Below are positions 23,646 to 38,900 of a stretch of 64,000 bases of DNA, in pieces. Under the pieces are notes generated by a model. That model saw only the letters and a list, made by a program, of their open reading frames with translations, did not search any database and was not told the DNA's origin. The stretch covers positions 31,949,967 to 32,013,966 of the forward strand of contig CM120640.1 of NCBI GenBank assembly GCA_051362555.1, read 5' to 3'. Within the stretch, counting starts at the first letter, position 1; every line of letters begins with the position of its first letter. The DNA is from Lingula anatina (Eukaryota; Animalia; Brachiopoda). The position numbers and the translations under genes are program-made.

Positions 23646-26600
23646 TGAACTTGAATTAAGAAATACTAATCCGAAATTACTATTATTTTTCATCTTGGGT
23701 AGGCGTAACTCTTGCAGGAGGTGAAATTTTATGTAGTATATATAAGAATGAATGTTCATGTTGGAGCATATGCTGAATTGGCTGTAGCCTTTGGCATAAT
23801 ATATATTGTAATATGTGAATTTGATGAAATCAGTAAAAGGAAGAAAGGAAATATTCCCTTGGGGATGTTTCATCGGTTGGCTATTGAATTCTTTGATCAA
23901 TATTGCACTGGTGAAACTTGGGGTTGCTCAGTCCATCATACCAGGTGAGACTTTGGTGAATTTGTCATGAATCTGCTATCATCTTTTAGCTTTAAGTTAT
24001 TACATGGGGCAGATGGACATTGTGTGTGGACATTGCAATATAGTTTATTCTGAAAAAGGATTATTATTAACTACTCAAAAGTCAACCATGATTTTCTGTT
24101 GGTACATTCTTCTTGAAGACACTAGGTTATGATACCAATGAACAGAATGCAGTATAGTACAGGTTTCCTATTCTCTGCACAGGGCTAATGTTAAGTTAAT
24201 CTAAGAGATCATTAGGGTACCATTGGAAAGCTGTCACTGTCACACTGGCCTCTCAGCTATGAAAACCATAACAGTGGTGTCAGCTGCTGAACTCTAAGGG
24301 AAATTAGCAGACCACTGAGCTGAACTTTTGAACTAAATATGAAGCAGTTTATCATAATTGTATTTCCCAGAGAGGTTTTAAGGGAGCTTGACCTACTTTA
24401 ACCCTTTATCCAGTTTACCTTGGGGAAATTGATGGCTGGCCTAGTAACCCTAGCTGTGCTTTGAGGCACACTGAGTCACATTGATGGTAATATTGCAGTG
24501 GGGTTGGGCTGCCCATTTACTTGTATGTATGCATGTGATCTGCCAACCAGACATCCATAAGTGGAAGCTTTAAAGTATCAATATCCGGAGGCATAAAGTG
24601 TTGTGTTGCTCATTTTCCTACCTGACCTTTGAAGGAATTTATTTTTTTCCCTTATTTTTGGCATAGCTATTACCAGACTGTCTGTGATTTGTACACTTCC
24701 CATCTAGAGATCACATGCTCGTGACTGGGGACATCTCATTGGTCTTTCAGTTAAGCCTTTTACCAAGCTGACAGATGCTTTAACTGTTTATCTCAAGGTG
24801 ATTTACTATCAACATAATTTAATGCAGGGTTTTGTATTCTCAAATTTGATAAAAGGTTTGTATGCAGGTATTCTGAAGATAGGTTTATAGAAGGTGGACT
24901 AAATTTGTATATTGTGAAACCATGCCATGTTTCAATGTTTCTTTTGGTTTTGAACAAAATAATCGCTTGTTAATGTCTGAAATGTATATATTCATGGCAT
25001 ACAAATGTTAAGGCATCTAGAGAAAAATAGAATAGATTTTTATCTTATAAACAAGATATTCTAGCAAATTAATAATTTGATTAACACACAACACTTATCG
25101 GGTGTCTTGACGGAACTGCTCTTATTCTTATTTTGCGGTTAGGAGATAATGAGTCAGATTTCATATATCCTCTCACTAATGGTGATGAGCAGGCCGATTA
25201 CCTTTAACAGAAAGTCACAGTCTGGAATAAAAGGCATCTATATACAATTTAGTCAATTTTACTGGGCAACTGCACATAATGCAAAATTACATTTATTATG
25301 TGGAGTTTTTCACAAGGCATTGGTACTTGACTGTTTGGCCTGTCTTTCTGAGTTTAGGAAGATTTGTCATGGGTCATAAAAATCGTATGGTTTTGTTGTG
25401 ATTTCTGACATACAAATATCCAAGATATTGTTTTAAATATTGTCTTCTTTTTAATCACCTTGCACTAGTAGCAGAGTGAAATTTGGAAAGTGTAAGCATT
25501 ACAGGTCTTTCAATAGTAGATGCAATGTATAAGCGTGGATGGTAACAAGTTTTGGCATAAGTATCATTCCTATTCTCAAAGGGGTCATTAGTAAATTTAT
25601 CCAGCCTTGTTTTTGCTAATTTATAATCGATGTCTTTTGAAAAAAGCAAAGCAAATGATGGTTTTGTTATTTTTTCTTGGAATAATAGGAATAATTACTT
25701 GTAAGGGGTATGGAAAGTACATTTATGAAAAGATACACTGAAAAGAACAAATTTTAAGAAGTGACTTTATAAATAAAAATGATTTCAGGGTAATAAAAGC
25801 TATCTTCCAACTATTATCACTCCATATTTAACAAGGTGTAATCTGCTACATTGACTGATTTGCATGCTTAAGTTAAAGTGTGATAAGTAGATAGAAAACT
25901 AATTTGTTTAGAATTGCCAGTTAGCGCTGTGGCCGCTGTGACCTGCCATGTTCACTAATGGCAGTTCAGGCAGAAACAAACAGGAAAACAGAGGAGGTGT
26001 GGCATTTGATGGCCATTGTCACTGTAAAAGCGTTAACACAATCTATGGGTCTAAAAGCACTGTACTGTGAAGAAGTGTTCCACTGGTATGTTATGTAACC
26101 TTAACAGAGGGAGATGGTTGCCAAGTGAAAGGGGAAAGAACTCTGGTTGACTGTTCCAACTGTGAGGTAAAGAAACTGCTTGTGAATGGCCACACAAACT
26201 GGCTTGAGCGAACGTAAGGTGGATCCTAATTTAAGTTTTTACTGTCCTGTGATTGAGAAGACTGATTTGATATGATTTGTTTTATTACCATGTCAATTTG
26301 ACTTTGGTTTTTACGTATACAAAAATTATGTGGTTGATGGCCTAATTGGATAATAATTGTATTTAAAAAGTGCTGTGTGAACTTCTCAACTTCTGGATTA
26401 AGGATATTATTTGGATATAATGTTAGCCAAATTTGAAATTGTTATTTATATTTGTTCAGAAATAAAATATATTTGTATTGGAAAAAGGTGAAATGAACTC
26501 TGAGAAATAAACAATATATTTTATATCTTCCTATTTAAAAATCAATTGATCCTCTTTGAATTATCAAACAAGTGTGAATAGGTAAGTGAAATTCAAATAA

Positions 26601-29600
26601 AATACTTGCAAGAAGTTCAAGAATGACACGTTTTGTATAAAAAATTCCAGTCAGGTATATCTATAGAAGAAATTTGCATTTGCACAGTATTTTGTCTCAA
26701 ACAGAAAGACTTAGTAGTTGAATTGAAAAGTATATTGAACATTTTGTTATGAGTGTTGTGCTTTTGCATACTCTTTGTGGACTGTGATGTTTTATGGTTC
26801 ATCTGTTACAACATTTTCATTGCTGCTGAATGATTCAGATTGCATACTGATATGTGGTGTTTTATTTCATGTATCTGATAGTTGTGTGCATTGTTTTTTT
26901 TATATTGGATATAAACAGTATTTTGTTTCGGAAACGAAAGACGGATTTCATTTCTGCTGGTAGATCTCTCATTTTCCCAAGCATGATATCACAGATATTT
27001 GAGTAGTGTCTCCATGGAAATTGGTGAAATGTATCAGATTCCTTTAGAAAAAAAATATGATTTTATCTCAATGTAAGAACTGTAATATCCTGATTGCACA
27101 GTTGCTCTCCCTCAAGGATTCTGTTCAGCAATAGAAACTGCTGTCATAAACAATACATATCTTTCTGACACTGGAAATTGTTATTTGCTTTAGAGTCAGC
27201 ATCAATTTACCATAATTATTATGGTCATATTGAATGCTTTGTGCATTTTTGATTACTTCAGTATCTTTGTCCTGGCAGAAAATGTACCTCCATAGTGAAA
27301 GAACCTAATATTATTGATTCAAGGTAGGGAACTACTACCATGAATAACATGGGACGCTCAGCAAAATGTGTTGCATATAAGTGGACATAGCAAATACTTA
27401 AACTGTTTTATTAAAAACTGTTGTATTAAAAATAATATTTTCAAAACAAATTTCTTTGCTTGAATATAAAAAGACCAAAGTAACACTGAATTAACTGTAA
27501 AGTGATACGCACTAGTCTTTATAGTTATTTTGTCATCAGTATCTTAAACCTAATAATCTGTGCCTTCTATTAATGTTTTTTTTTTTACATATTGTAAGTT
27601 ATGAAAGGAAAATAGATGGGTCACTCTCATTAGGCCAGCAGGAAAAACACATTTTGGCATCTGAAGTAACTTTCAAGTTTCAGTGGCTGTTGAACATGTG
27701 ATAACCCAGTAGCTGGATTGATTTATTGCCTGTAAATGTTTTCTGCTTGTCAACACCAGGGTAAATTTCTCAGAAATTTAGGGTTTCTGGGTATGCATTA
27801 TTTATAGCGTGACTGTAACTATGATTCCACAGTTGCTAAGCCTGTCTCAGTCTTCTTATGAAGGTTCTATTGACATATGAATGTAGCAGGGCAAACTCAC
27901 ATTTTGAACAGTGTAATAACTTGCCAGGGTTCACGGGGTACAGTGTGATTTGTGGCCTTGAATATTTCTCCAAGATGACCTGTCTACACAGATCTGTGTA
28001 TTCTCCTCATATGACTTTCCAACTCCATGGCGTCTGAAGTTGATGATTTATTTACAGTACGTTTGCATTTGTCTTTGGCAACCCTTATTTATTAGGGTGA
28101 AGACGGAAACTGTTTTAGTTATGGATGGGGAGAGCTTATCATTTTGGTTAAGGCATACCATATCTTTGGAATGTTTATGAATACATAGCTCATAAAGTAC
28201 TAGATATGAACACCTTATAAATATGGCATTAGTGGTGCCGAGTATTCAGATCTGAGATGTGCAGACTTTGATTGTTGATGTCCAAGCTGGAAAAGCTGAC
28301 AACTGCAACAGCTTGATATGTATGTAGCATATAATAAGTTCCTGAAGAAATTGAACTTGTAAACATCTTGGAATGTGGATGGGTTTAAGGAGGACCCTTT
28401 TGATTACTTTAGAGCATGACCATACATTAATGATGTTTATAAACTTCTACTCCATTGTCAACAGGTTGTACTGTCACCCCAGTCCAAGGATTGTTGAATA
28501 ATTTTGTCACTTCTTCTGTAAGATATGACTACAAAGCTATAAATTCCATGTCAAAGTTTTCAATATATCATCTTTTTACATACCTACATTAAAGGGAGAA
28601 AGGTTTACTGTTTCCATCAAATAAATTTAAGCCAAAATGCAAAATGGATATTAAAGACTATGGTTCTGATGACCCCACATTGACCTTTCTGGTTTGAAAA
28701 CACTGACAGGTGAGACCAGGTATTTTATAGCCTCCCTGTCTGTATACTTTTGATGATTGATATCTCAAATATAATTTATGTCATTTGTTTTCATTTTATT
28801 ATCTTTCCGGGTCATTTGGTAAGAGAAACATCAACTGTTGTGTGTCCTACTCTATTTCTTTCTGCTGTGATGATGTGTCCCAAGACCTACTAGCTGTTCA
28901 TGGGTCAGACGGGGAGAAGTAAAGAGTTTATGTTCACAGAGAGGAACAGTCTGTATAGTTGTATTGTTAGAAACCTTATTTAAGAAATTATTATATATAA
29001 TCATGGACATACTTTATTGAATTGGGTGGTGAAATGCGAAAAGGAGTCCTCTGAAATATTACGCCATAGCCCCATGGTAGTAAGCAAAACACCTAGAGGA
29101 AGTGCTGTAATATCTGTATCTCAGATCAAATGGGGGAGTTCTCCGATTACATAAGCCACATCTGCACTCTGGCAGCTGTAAAGTCCACATATGTCATGCA
29201 GCAGGTAGATGGATGGCCTGTTAACTATGCTTTCAACTCAATGACTTGCATTTTATAACAGGAATATGTAAATGACCCGGGCTCAGTTTGTAAAAGGTGG
29301 AAAAGGATCAGGTAGTACATAAGAGATATTGTACACATTGTTATCTTGTTGATATCTCAGTGAAAAAGTACAAAAAACAATTTTTTTTTCTCTTAAACAA
29401 CTCGGTGAAAATTGATGTAAAATGTTTTCCTCTGAAATGTTATGTACCTCTTAAAGACTAAAAGTGGTAAAAATATTTGCATGGGACGCACAGGTCGACA
29501 GAAGTTATTTATGCATGTGTAAAAGTCTGTTGTGGTTTCATATCCCCCAGTGCCAATATAGTAATGGGCCTATTCTGATATAACCTTTTCATGAGTGATG

Positions 29601-32600
29601 TCGATACTGCATATAGGACGCTAGCGCAGCATTTCCCGGGATGAATTTGCCTGATGCCATTGATTTTACTGAACAATTATGCGCACCCAAGTGCCACCCG
29701 AGTTAAAAGGGTTTCATTGATTTGGGAGAGAAGATAAGTAGGCAACAGTGACAACAAGTCAGTCATTAGTTTGACCATGGGTGAATCTTTGCAGGTGGTT
29801 TGTTTTTGAAAATAACAGCTGTAAATCGGTGAAATATTTTCAAAGCTAAACCTATTTATATCCATGTTTGATGTGTGAATGAGTCCAAATATTCTCAAGC
29901 TTTTTGTTGAAAATAAATTTAAAGAACTAGTGAATATATTTTAGGTGGATAGTGTGGATATCATAGATATTCAGTTAATTATATTATTCTTGGTGTGGAA
30001 AGGGTTAAAGCAAAATGGCCGCAGAGGCTGTATTCAAGGGAACCTAGCCTGCAGTATAAACAAGCCCATCTGATGTGAAGCCTTTTATGATGCAGGAATT
30101 TGATTAGCCCGTAGCCAGGTAATATTACTGCAGTATATGTCAGTGTGGAGATCACATTGATAGCAGGTATGTGGTCATGGTGAGTTGACTGCCACTCTGC
30201 CATGCTGAGTAGTTCCCTGGTATGTTATACAGGACTTGCCATGGCAGGTAGAGGGACTGGCAGGATGCCCAGTTCACAGCCTGCCAGTGCTCAGGGCGGG
30301 CCTTAGATTCTTCAATATGGAAAACATTGGAACCAGGTTTCTAGATAACAGACAGTGGTGCACATAGTAATTGTTTTGGCACTGAAGCAGATTGTTGAGT
30401 CTATGAGTTAATGTTTTTGGGGTGATGAACTTTGTACTTTTGGACTGATTTCTTGCTCTGTTTTTGTGAACAGGTTTTTAAATTTACACAGGAGAAAATA
30501 TGATGGCATTTTTTTGACATTTTTCCCTATCAGTCATTAAATCGCAAGTTTTTTAGTGATCAGAACACCCAAGAAAAGAAACTGCAGTTTTCAGAAATGC
30601 TAACATGTAAGGAAAGAAAATGTATAATAGAAAAAACCTTTATTTCTCTAATTTATGCTGAGAAGAAAGCACTTGGATGTATAGTCCCTTTACTACCTCT
30701 AGCCCTTTTACAGAGTCTGTATTGCTTTGTTTTTGAAAGGTTCCCCAAACTGGCAGAACATATTATCTTCATGATACAGGTGAATATTTCCAATATTTCT
30801 GGTTATAGGGACTGGGTCCCAAGTCTGGCCCATGTGTCTGTCTGTTCATGTGCCTGCTGGATGTGTGCACAGTCTGCAGGAGAGCTCCAGGCTGCAGTAT
30901 GTGATCATGATAACAGTTGACCTCCAGACACAAAGACATTTGAAACAGGCACTTGTAGGTGAAATAGGAGAAACTGCATTAGCAGGACTGTGTTCAGGCT
31001 TACTTTGTGTACAGGGGAAATTTTTTTATGTGAGTTGAATATGAACAAAGGTTCGTAAATGCTGCTATCATTTGTAATGTCAGATAGCCATTAATACCTA
31101 TTCGATTCACCAGTGGGGCATTAAAGGAACTTATGGATATAGTGAATGGAAATCATCTGAGAAAATGGAAATCATCTGAAAATAAGGCCTTTCAGCACTG
31201 TGTGTCACTAGAAAAATTTGAGAATATGTGTGAGGTGTGTTTAACTTTTTAGCAATAAAGGGTGAAACTGCATGCACTGAGAATATTTTAAGAAGGCAAT
31301 ACAAAAGTGACACCCAAAACATGGTGAATTTGTACTGTGATATAGTAGACTGTTTTGGATAGAACTTAAAGAAGAGAATGACCAGAAAAATATCTGTAGA
31401 CAAATTCTGTCAGCTTTAATTTGCTGCTGCCGGTATTTTTGACCCCTTCAAACCTCATGGAACTAACTTGCTAGTATTAATAAGTCACAGAACTTTGGGT
31501 TATCTTGAATCATTTCCATTGGTGTTAATTTTTCCACACTTGAGTGTCAGCTTGGATCCACATTGAATGTGGAGTGTAAACAGAAGTCTGTGATAAGTGT
31601 AAATTGTGCCTGGGATTTGAGTTTGTCAAAGGTATCTCTGTGTTATCAAATTGACTTTGTAGATCTGCTGTATTAAGAGTCATCCTGATATCACTTTTAT
31701 ATTAAGATTGATGGATTCGGAGTTAAAAGAAAAATGAAATTATGGGGGTGACACCCACGATTTCATTGTGCTCGTTACAGCAGGAGGTCTATCAGTTTCG
31801 TGTAAATTAACACCCAACCATTCTATTATAAAGATTGCCTGGGGTTCAGTTTTGAAATACCAACAGTATTTTGTGGGAGGTTTGTTCACGTTGCATATAC
31901 CTGAAACCAGCTGCTGTTAAGAAAGTGGGTTCCAGAAGAAATATTGAATTATGAAGGATCAATTATGAATATATATATAATATAGTTTTTTTTTTTACTC
32001 AGCTGAGGAGACCACCTCAATAAATACCCAATCTAAGTGGCCACATATGTTTCATAACATTGATAAGGCCTTAGTTGAAGCTTTTTTTTTATGAGCAGAT
32101 AAGATATATTTTGAACTGTGACTGATGCTCTGTGTAGGAAGTTATCAGTATGTTGGTTATCTATATGGTGGGATCATGGAGGGTACAGGTAAATAACTAC
32201 CTGGACCCAATAAGGATGGGGAGACTGATCTGAGCCAGAGTACAGGTGTAAGTAGAGACTGCAAGTTTGGTCATGAATTTTCCTTTTCATACAGACTTTG
32301 CTATGCAGGCCTGCCTGACTACCACACATGATTATGAGCATTACCAATGTTCTACACATGAAACAATTTTCTGCACAATCTCTGATATTCCACATTATAA
32401 TACCAATATATTTCTGCACATAAATGCAGGTGGATTATGTGGGTAATACGTTTGTGAATAGTATTAGTCAGCATTTCTGTATATGTCATTATGTGATATA
32501 TGTGGAAAAAGAAAGAAGAATAGAATCTTGGCTTCTTATCAATTAATATTATAAAATCTGAATGTCTTCATTTGATTGGTGCCTTCTTCAATCTACAATA

Positions 32601-35600
32601 AAATAAGTGGTTAGCGGTTACTTTTGGATATTACCCTATTTTTCTTTGCCCCTGAATATTTTTGTGCACTGAAAACTGTACTTTTTAAAGTTTGGCTCTA
32701 GTTTCCATTGCAGTTTCTCTTCCTTTGGAGAACTTATTCTTTTCTATAAGGAAAACAGAAGTGCTTGATTTTGTTGTTAAATAATAATAATATCCCTAGG
32801 GATTGAATTGGAAGCTAGAGGAGGGTCAGGTTTTCATCTAAGCATTTTTGGTTCCTTTTGTGGTCAGATTTTCTTGAAAACTAGAAAATTTTGCCAAGGC
32901 ACTACACAGGATTCCATTAGTATGTCATGTGTGTTTGCAGGCAAGGATGTCCCAGTTGCCAGACTATGGTAAGCAAAACCAAGCCAATCCTATGGGTGGA
33001 TATAATACTTGGCTCTGTCCCTGAATGACCTTATTTGCTCTACTCAGTTTTGGCTATGTTTTTAATTTTAACAGTTGGAAACCCTTTGATGTGGCCATTA
33101 CAAAATAATGACAATGAAATATAGGCTAGAAATCAATGAGCAGCCAATAAAAAACTCAGATTAGGTTCTTATTCTTACTAGATATTTTTACTATTGAAGA
33201 ACGTAACATTGTTAGATGATAAATTAACTGCAGTGGCCCTTATGTTTATTTAAAAATTATTATTTTTGTTAATTCTTTCAGGTCAGCATTAAATATTTTA
33301 AATGTAAAAGAGTTTTTAAAAAGTTGTGTATGAGTAATAGACTGAGTGACATGAGGATGTCCTGGAATGTCCACATAATTGACTGTCTGATTGGTTCATA
33401 ATGAAACCTGAAGAACAGTTAATATTATGATAAAGTCTCTTTGTTTATGTGTAATCCAGATATTGCATGTGAAACCTGTTGTAAGTGAATGCTAATTGGA
33501 TTAAATAAGTGCCAATTAGGCAAAATGAGAAGTGTACTAGTAAACCAGGCGAAGAAAAAGGCCTATAGAAATAGGTTGAAAACTGAGAGGATTTGGAGTA
33601 ATAAAGCTTAGGATCAACTATTTCATTATTGATTTGGCCAATGTTTACTATGTCTTTGTATGTCTTTGCATGTTCTAAATTATCTGGCCCCTACCATATA
33701 TTTATCATTAAGATACACTGGCTACATTCAGTTTGCTTATATTATGTGTTGTTATTTCAAGGTCAGTGTGTTTGTGTTTGTCCATTTAAGGAATGTTTAA
33801 TTTGAGTTTACTTGTTTTCTTTCATTTCATATTTATATATTTATTTCTTTAGTATTAATACAGTTAAACATAAGGCTATGACCCCACAATTGTACAGTGA
33901 ACCATAATTAATAGCAATATGCCATTGAATATTATGTCTTGGCAGCATTTTGAAAAAATCAAACATATTTCAAGGAAATGTTGACTCAGCATTGATATAA
34001 TTGCAGTGTGCTTCTTGAAGAATTTGCACTCTCTTCACATATTCTGTGCTGGACTCTCTTTAAAATGAATTATCTTGTTGCCAAGTAGCCAAAACAACTC
34101 TAGCCAAACCAAAAAGCTGAATTAAATCAATAGTTTGATTGAAAAAAAAAAGTAAGAAAGTTGAGCTATTAAAGTATTCTTCATCCACTGAAAATACACA
34201 TTTTGATTAAAATTTACTTTGGTAGAGTGAGTCCAGGCGTAAAAGCTTAATAATGGTAATTAAAAACACAGACATCAGATTAAGAAAAAAGGTAAATTAG
34301 CATAGTTTCTGTCTAGACTTTAATGTCATATTTATCCTTTCTTTATGCAGTTAAAAGCTAGCACATTCTGTTGGGTAGGAGCTCCACTGTTCAGTGTGAT
34401 ACGGAGGGACCCGTATTAAGTGTAGTAATAGTATTGAGAAATGTAATTGGTTCCCAAGTTCAGAGAAAAAAGTTCCATCTGTGTAGTATTGACATACTGT
34501 CTGTGACATATCTGGAAGGTAGATGGAAAGTATATCTTCCATTAACCAATTTGGGTTTGTAAAATGTCAAAGGAAGCCATGTGCATAAACACTGATTTGT
34601 GTATTAGTGCTAAGTCTTCTGTCCATTGCTCATTATTCTGCAATTTAAGGAGTTTGTGAATGGCTTTGTAGACTGCAATCCCATAATATATATATTTTTT
34701 GTTTGTAAGCTTGGTCAAGATGTACTTGTAAAAATGTGTACTGATTGAGATAAGAGCCATTAAAATAGCTCATGGCTGGTGCGTGCATTGTCAGCTCACC
34801 TACCACAATGTGCACTGTGCTGGTCTATCATGGCTGCCTGACCGTCATCAAACATGCTTGATAATGCTGATTGAAGTCTGTTAAATCATTCTGTTACCTA
34901 ATCATCTTTCCATCAATCCTAATTGATTTTGCATTCAATCCTTGGTCTGTGGCTTTGAAAGAGCCATTGTTACGCCATACAGTGCTTCTTTTGACAGAAA
35001 TGAAAAGGACATGGAAAGGTAGTGATTGCCCCCATTCAAAACCGGCACCAAGCACATGTTTTATGCACAGTTACGCAAATATCCATGAATGGAATAGTTA
35101 TAAATATTTACTTGGGCCTTAGCAAAGGGTCTGGCAGTGATATCATTCATCCTTGACAATGGTGAAAAGAATTTGAGTTGGATGATGACGTAATAAAAAC
35201 CACAAATAGGATGAATGTACAACTTAGTCATGGTTGTAAATAATTCAATTTATGAATTGCTGTATCTGTTCTTTTTTGCGGCTTTAATATGTGGTATATA
35301 CCTTAATATTTAACTTAAACCAGTCTAGACACTGACAATCTAGCCTACAGATTTTCTTTTCAACCTTCAAATTGGATAATTCTGTATATGTGTGATGGAA
35401 GCCATGGTTACCTATTTGCTAGTTCATTATTATCACCGGGTCATCATTACTCTGTAGGAGGTCATTTCATATACGTTAATTTCTGTCACAGACTTTCCAT
35501 GGACGTAGCAAGCTATTTGCCAGGGGTTTGAGCTCCATGTGACATTTATCACTAGTGTCATTAGTGCTTGGAAGATGAGACAACTTCCTGGCTGAACTAG

Positions 35601-35770
35601 GGTTTAGTTAAAGTAACAGGTATCTGTCTGTCTCTGATCTGGGGTTTTAGTTGAAGTAACTGATCAATCACTCAGTATCAATTCTCTGAGAGAGCGTGAG
35701 CCATATCAAAGAGAATTGAAGACTGTTAAAGTAGCAGGCTTTTAATGAACACTCTTTTGTGGTTTTGCAG

Positions 35771-35926
35771 GTACAGGTTGAGTTTGATGATATTCCCTGG
35801 GAGCGACGAGAGTGGATTCGTGTGCACGACATCTTTCAAGTCTTTCTGGTCGAGTCTTCATTGGTGTGGGCTCTGCGTCAAGATCCTACGAAGAATCGTG
35901 GAGGGAAGGTTTACTGGCCTGCATTG
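35771..35926 (+). CDS. JMJD1C: KDM3/JMJD1C coding exon 2 (156 nt)
   Basis: ttttgcag|VQVEFDDIPWERREWIRVHDIFQVFLVESSLVWALRQDPTKNRGGKVYWPAL|gtaagt; matches the JMJD1C 'VEFDD..W.KREW.....F..FLVE..L.WA...DP....WPAL' pattern. Confidence 0.96.
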
Positions 35927-38900
35927 GTAAGTAGAATATTCTGATATTGAATGTTGCTTGAACGCATACAAAGTCACATGATATTTTACCAATTATTTTA
36001 GGGAAAGAAGTTGAAGATCAATTATTAATGTAGACCTGTACAATATCATTATTCTTTTGATGTTGAATAGATGGTTTTGTTTCTTACTATCTCTTTTGTT
36101 TTTCTAAGGTAAGCTTCAGTATTTCTTGCTTTGTGGGTCCAATAAAGATTGGCCAATATCATAATGAGCATGAACTGATTTCTGCTTGCTGTAGTTCACA
36201 GATGTCATGCCAGGAAAAAAGCACTGAAATGTGAGATTTTCACATCAGTATTCATTTATTCAGGTGGAATTTCATGTGTTAGATGTTTTGGGCTTGTTAT
36301 GCATATTCCAACTGCATATGACCTTCTGGTATTTTAGATTTTCAGAAATTCCCCGAATAGCTCAGAAAGAGTAAAAGTCATATTGATCAGCCCTCAACCC
36401 CTAGAGACAGGATACAATTTTACAGCTACTGCAACTTGAGTTATAAATGTCTGCCTTATCATACTGCTCCAACAAATTCAATTGCTTCTAGTTTGACTGA
36501 TTTATCCTATCCCCAGTTTCATAGCTTTGTAATTTCTAGAGCTATTGTGTTTCCAGTGCTGTTGTTCCCCGGGTGAAGCCAAGTGATCGATAACTTTAAT
36601 TTGTACCCAAAAGGAATGCAAGGCAGCATTGATTGTACGCAGAAATCAATAAGTTTATATTCAGCTACTAATGTTCGGGAGAATGATATTAACTGTGTTT
36701 AATTTTGCATGATTTTAGTTCCTAGTAATGGTTTGCTAATGAATAGCTGGCAGTTGGAGATGAGGGATATATTTTTTTTAAGAGAGTGACCTTGATCTCT
36801 TGTTCATAGAGCCAGTTATCACTTTCACGCACGTACATCTGTATCAGAGACTGACTAAAAGAAAGAAAGAAAGAAAACATCAGCCAGTCTGCCTCTTTCA
36901 GTTTATTATGATCAATATGTTTTGACTTATGCACGCATGAGAAACAATTTTACCTCAAAGGTGGAAGCAATTCCCATTTCCACTGTTGTACCTTGCAGGT
37001 GTCTAAACAAAACACCTTCACTTTGAATAAGATTTTTTTCCACCTCTCTGCGGGTTCCATCTTTTGTTGCTTTTTTATCATCGGGTAATGTGTTGTTGTG
37101 CATTGAACCCACCTGATCTTTCAGTCTGTTTATAAGCGGGGCTGTTTCAAAGTCTGTTGCTGTAGGCATATTGGGGGATGACAATTGTAGGGAACATGCA
37201 TAGTCGTACTTGCTCCAGTAGGATGGGATGCGGTCAACCATAGGTAATGAAATTTTTACCAGAGTCTGAGCATATTAACCGTCTTTGTATTGCGATCACT
37301 GCAGTAGCGGCAGGGCTTAAGTAAACATGTTCAGATCAATATATCGTGCACAGAAGTGCAAGGAACCCTTCCTGTGGGCTAAGATAAAGTTCTAATCAGA
37401 TAGGCTGGCTCTGCCAGACACTATCTACACAGTTTTGGATTGGACTCCGAGGCAGTAAGTATAAAACAATCACATTAGGCTAATCTGGGAAAGCATTCAT
37501 TGTAGTAGTGAAATGCTAGTGGAGTTGCTTTGGGAGTGAGGTACATGAGTATTCTTTCGTTATTAGGGAGCTGAGAAGAATACTGATGATTTGACCGGTA
37601 ATTGTATTGCTGATGTCTGCCACCACTTCCCAAGATTTCAGAAAAGCACTCGGCACGATGGCTGAAATTTAATCTAGGTAGTGTTTTTTACCAATGTGTG
37701 CCACTGCCTCCCACAATTTCACTAGGGACTGTTAATGCACAGTATTTTTTTCAAAACAACCCATTTGAGGGGAAGGTTGTTGTTTCTTTTGAACATTACC
37801 GTTGTAATGCAACCCAGTCCCATTGCGTCAACGCAGTCGTGATCCAATTTGATATAGTAAAGCATAAGCCTGGCCTTTCCAGCTTGAATCAATAATCCAT
37901 TACTGAATAAGACAGTGAACAATGATGGTCTTTCTTATGCCAATAAGACAGAGTTTGAACAAATACATTGAGGCCACTACTTTCACGTCAGTCGAGCGGA
38001 AATATTTTGGTAAGGGATTTTGAAAAGTCTGTTGACACAAGCTTGTGGTCGTTACTTTTATTTGCAGCATAATATACATCTCGGGCTCGCCAAGGCATGA
38101 AAACTGGATGTGTTTGTGATGAATAGCTGCAGAGACTTTGAATGCAAGTGCAAATTTCATAGGGCACATATCTGATGTGATTGAAAGGTGGGGTCACTCT
38201 GGAATGGCAGGGAGTTGGAGAGGTCAGGGGCAGGGGTCCCGTGCTGCTGTAGTTGTTTTGGTGATACGGTCTAACCCTACTTGCTGGGCCGTGATAAGTT
38301 ACACTAGGCTCTTTCCTTTGTTTCATGATGTCATTACTGAAAAATGTATATTGCCACAACATTGATGGTTATCAAACAGATAAGATTATCTGTTTAGATG
38401 ATGATGTTTTGGTTACAGTTTTATTGTTTTGACTTGCTTAAATTTCCTTTGAGTTTTCCAATAGAGGGCAGGCAAGTTGTAAAGTAACATCGCTAGCTAT
38501 AAATTGTGTGACAGATGTTCTAGAATGAGATGAAATTTTCATGCGAATCCAAACCATTGATAAAGTCATCTCTTACAAACATTCTTTGAAAAAGAGGAAA
38601 CATTCTTTTCAGATGTGGGATAAAAGTATTTGAGTACCGTAGTGTGCTGCAAGAGAAGTCCCTTTCTCTAAAGGAAAGTTTCCATTTGTAATGTCTGCTT
38701 GAAGGTCATGGGTAATCTGGGTCAGGCACTGCCTGGTATTTTTCAAGCCATGCAGTATTTATACAGGTTATTGAATCAACTCTAGAACTATGTAAACACT
38801 GCACAAATAGATGAGAAACCCCATCTGTACAGCATGTGGCTGACTGCACAGGGTTCGGTCAGCATGAAGGGCCTCTGCACTCTTATAATCTACGGATAGA

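Noticed and set aside
29580-29715. CpG-rich patch with piggyBac-like ends (TAACCTTTT ... AAAAGGGTT)
   Set aside because: Termini too degenerate and no intact TTAA duplication; could be a decayed MITE but not supportable.
34325-34380. Isolated strong-looking 3' splice sites (e.g. AG at 34350; also near 41570, 54198, 57396)
   Set aside because: No convincing paired donor or coding similarity; such sites arise often in T-rich introns.
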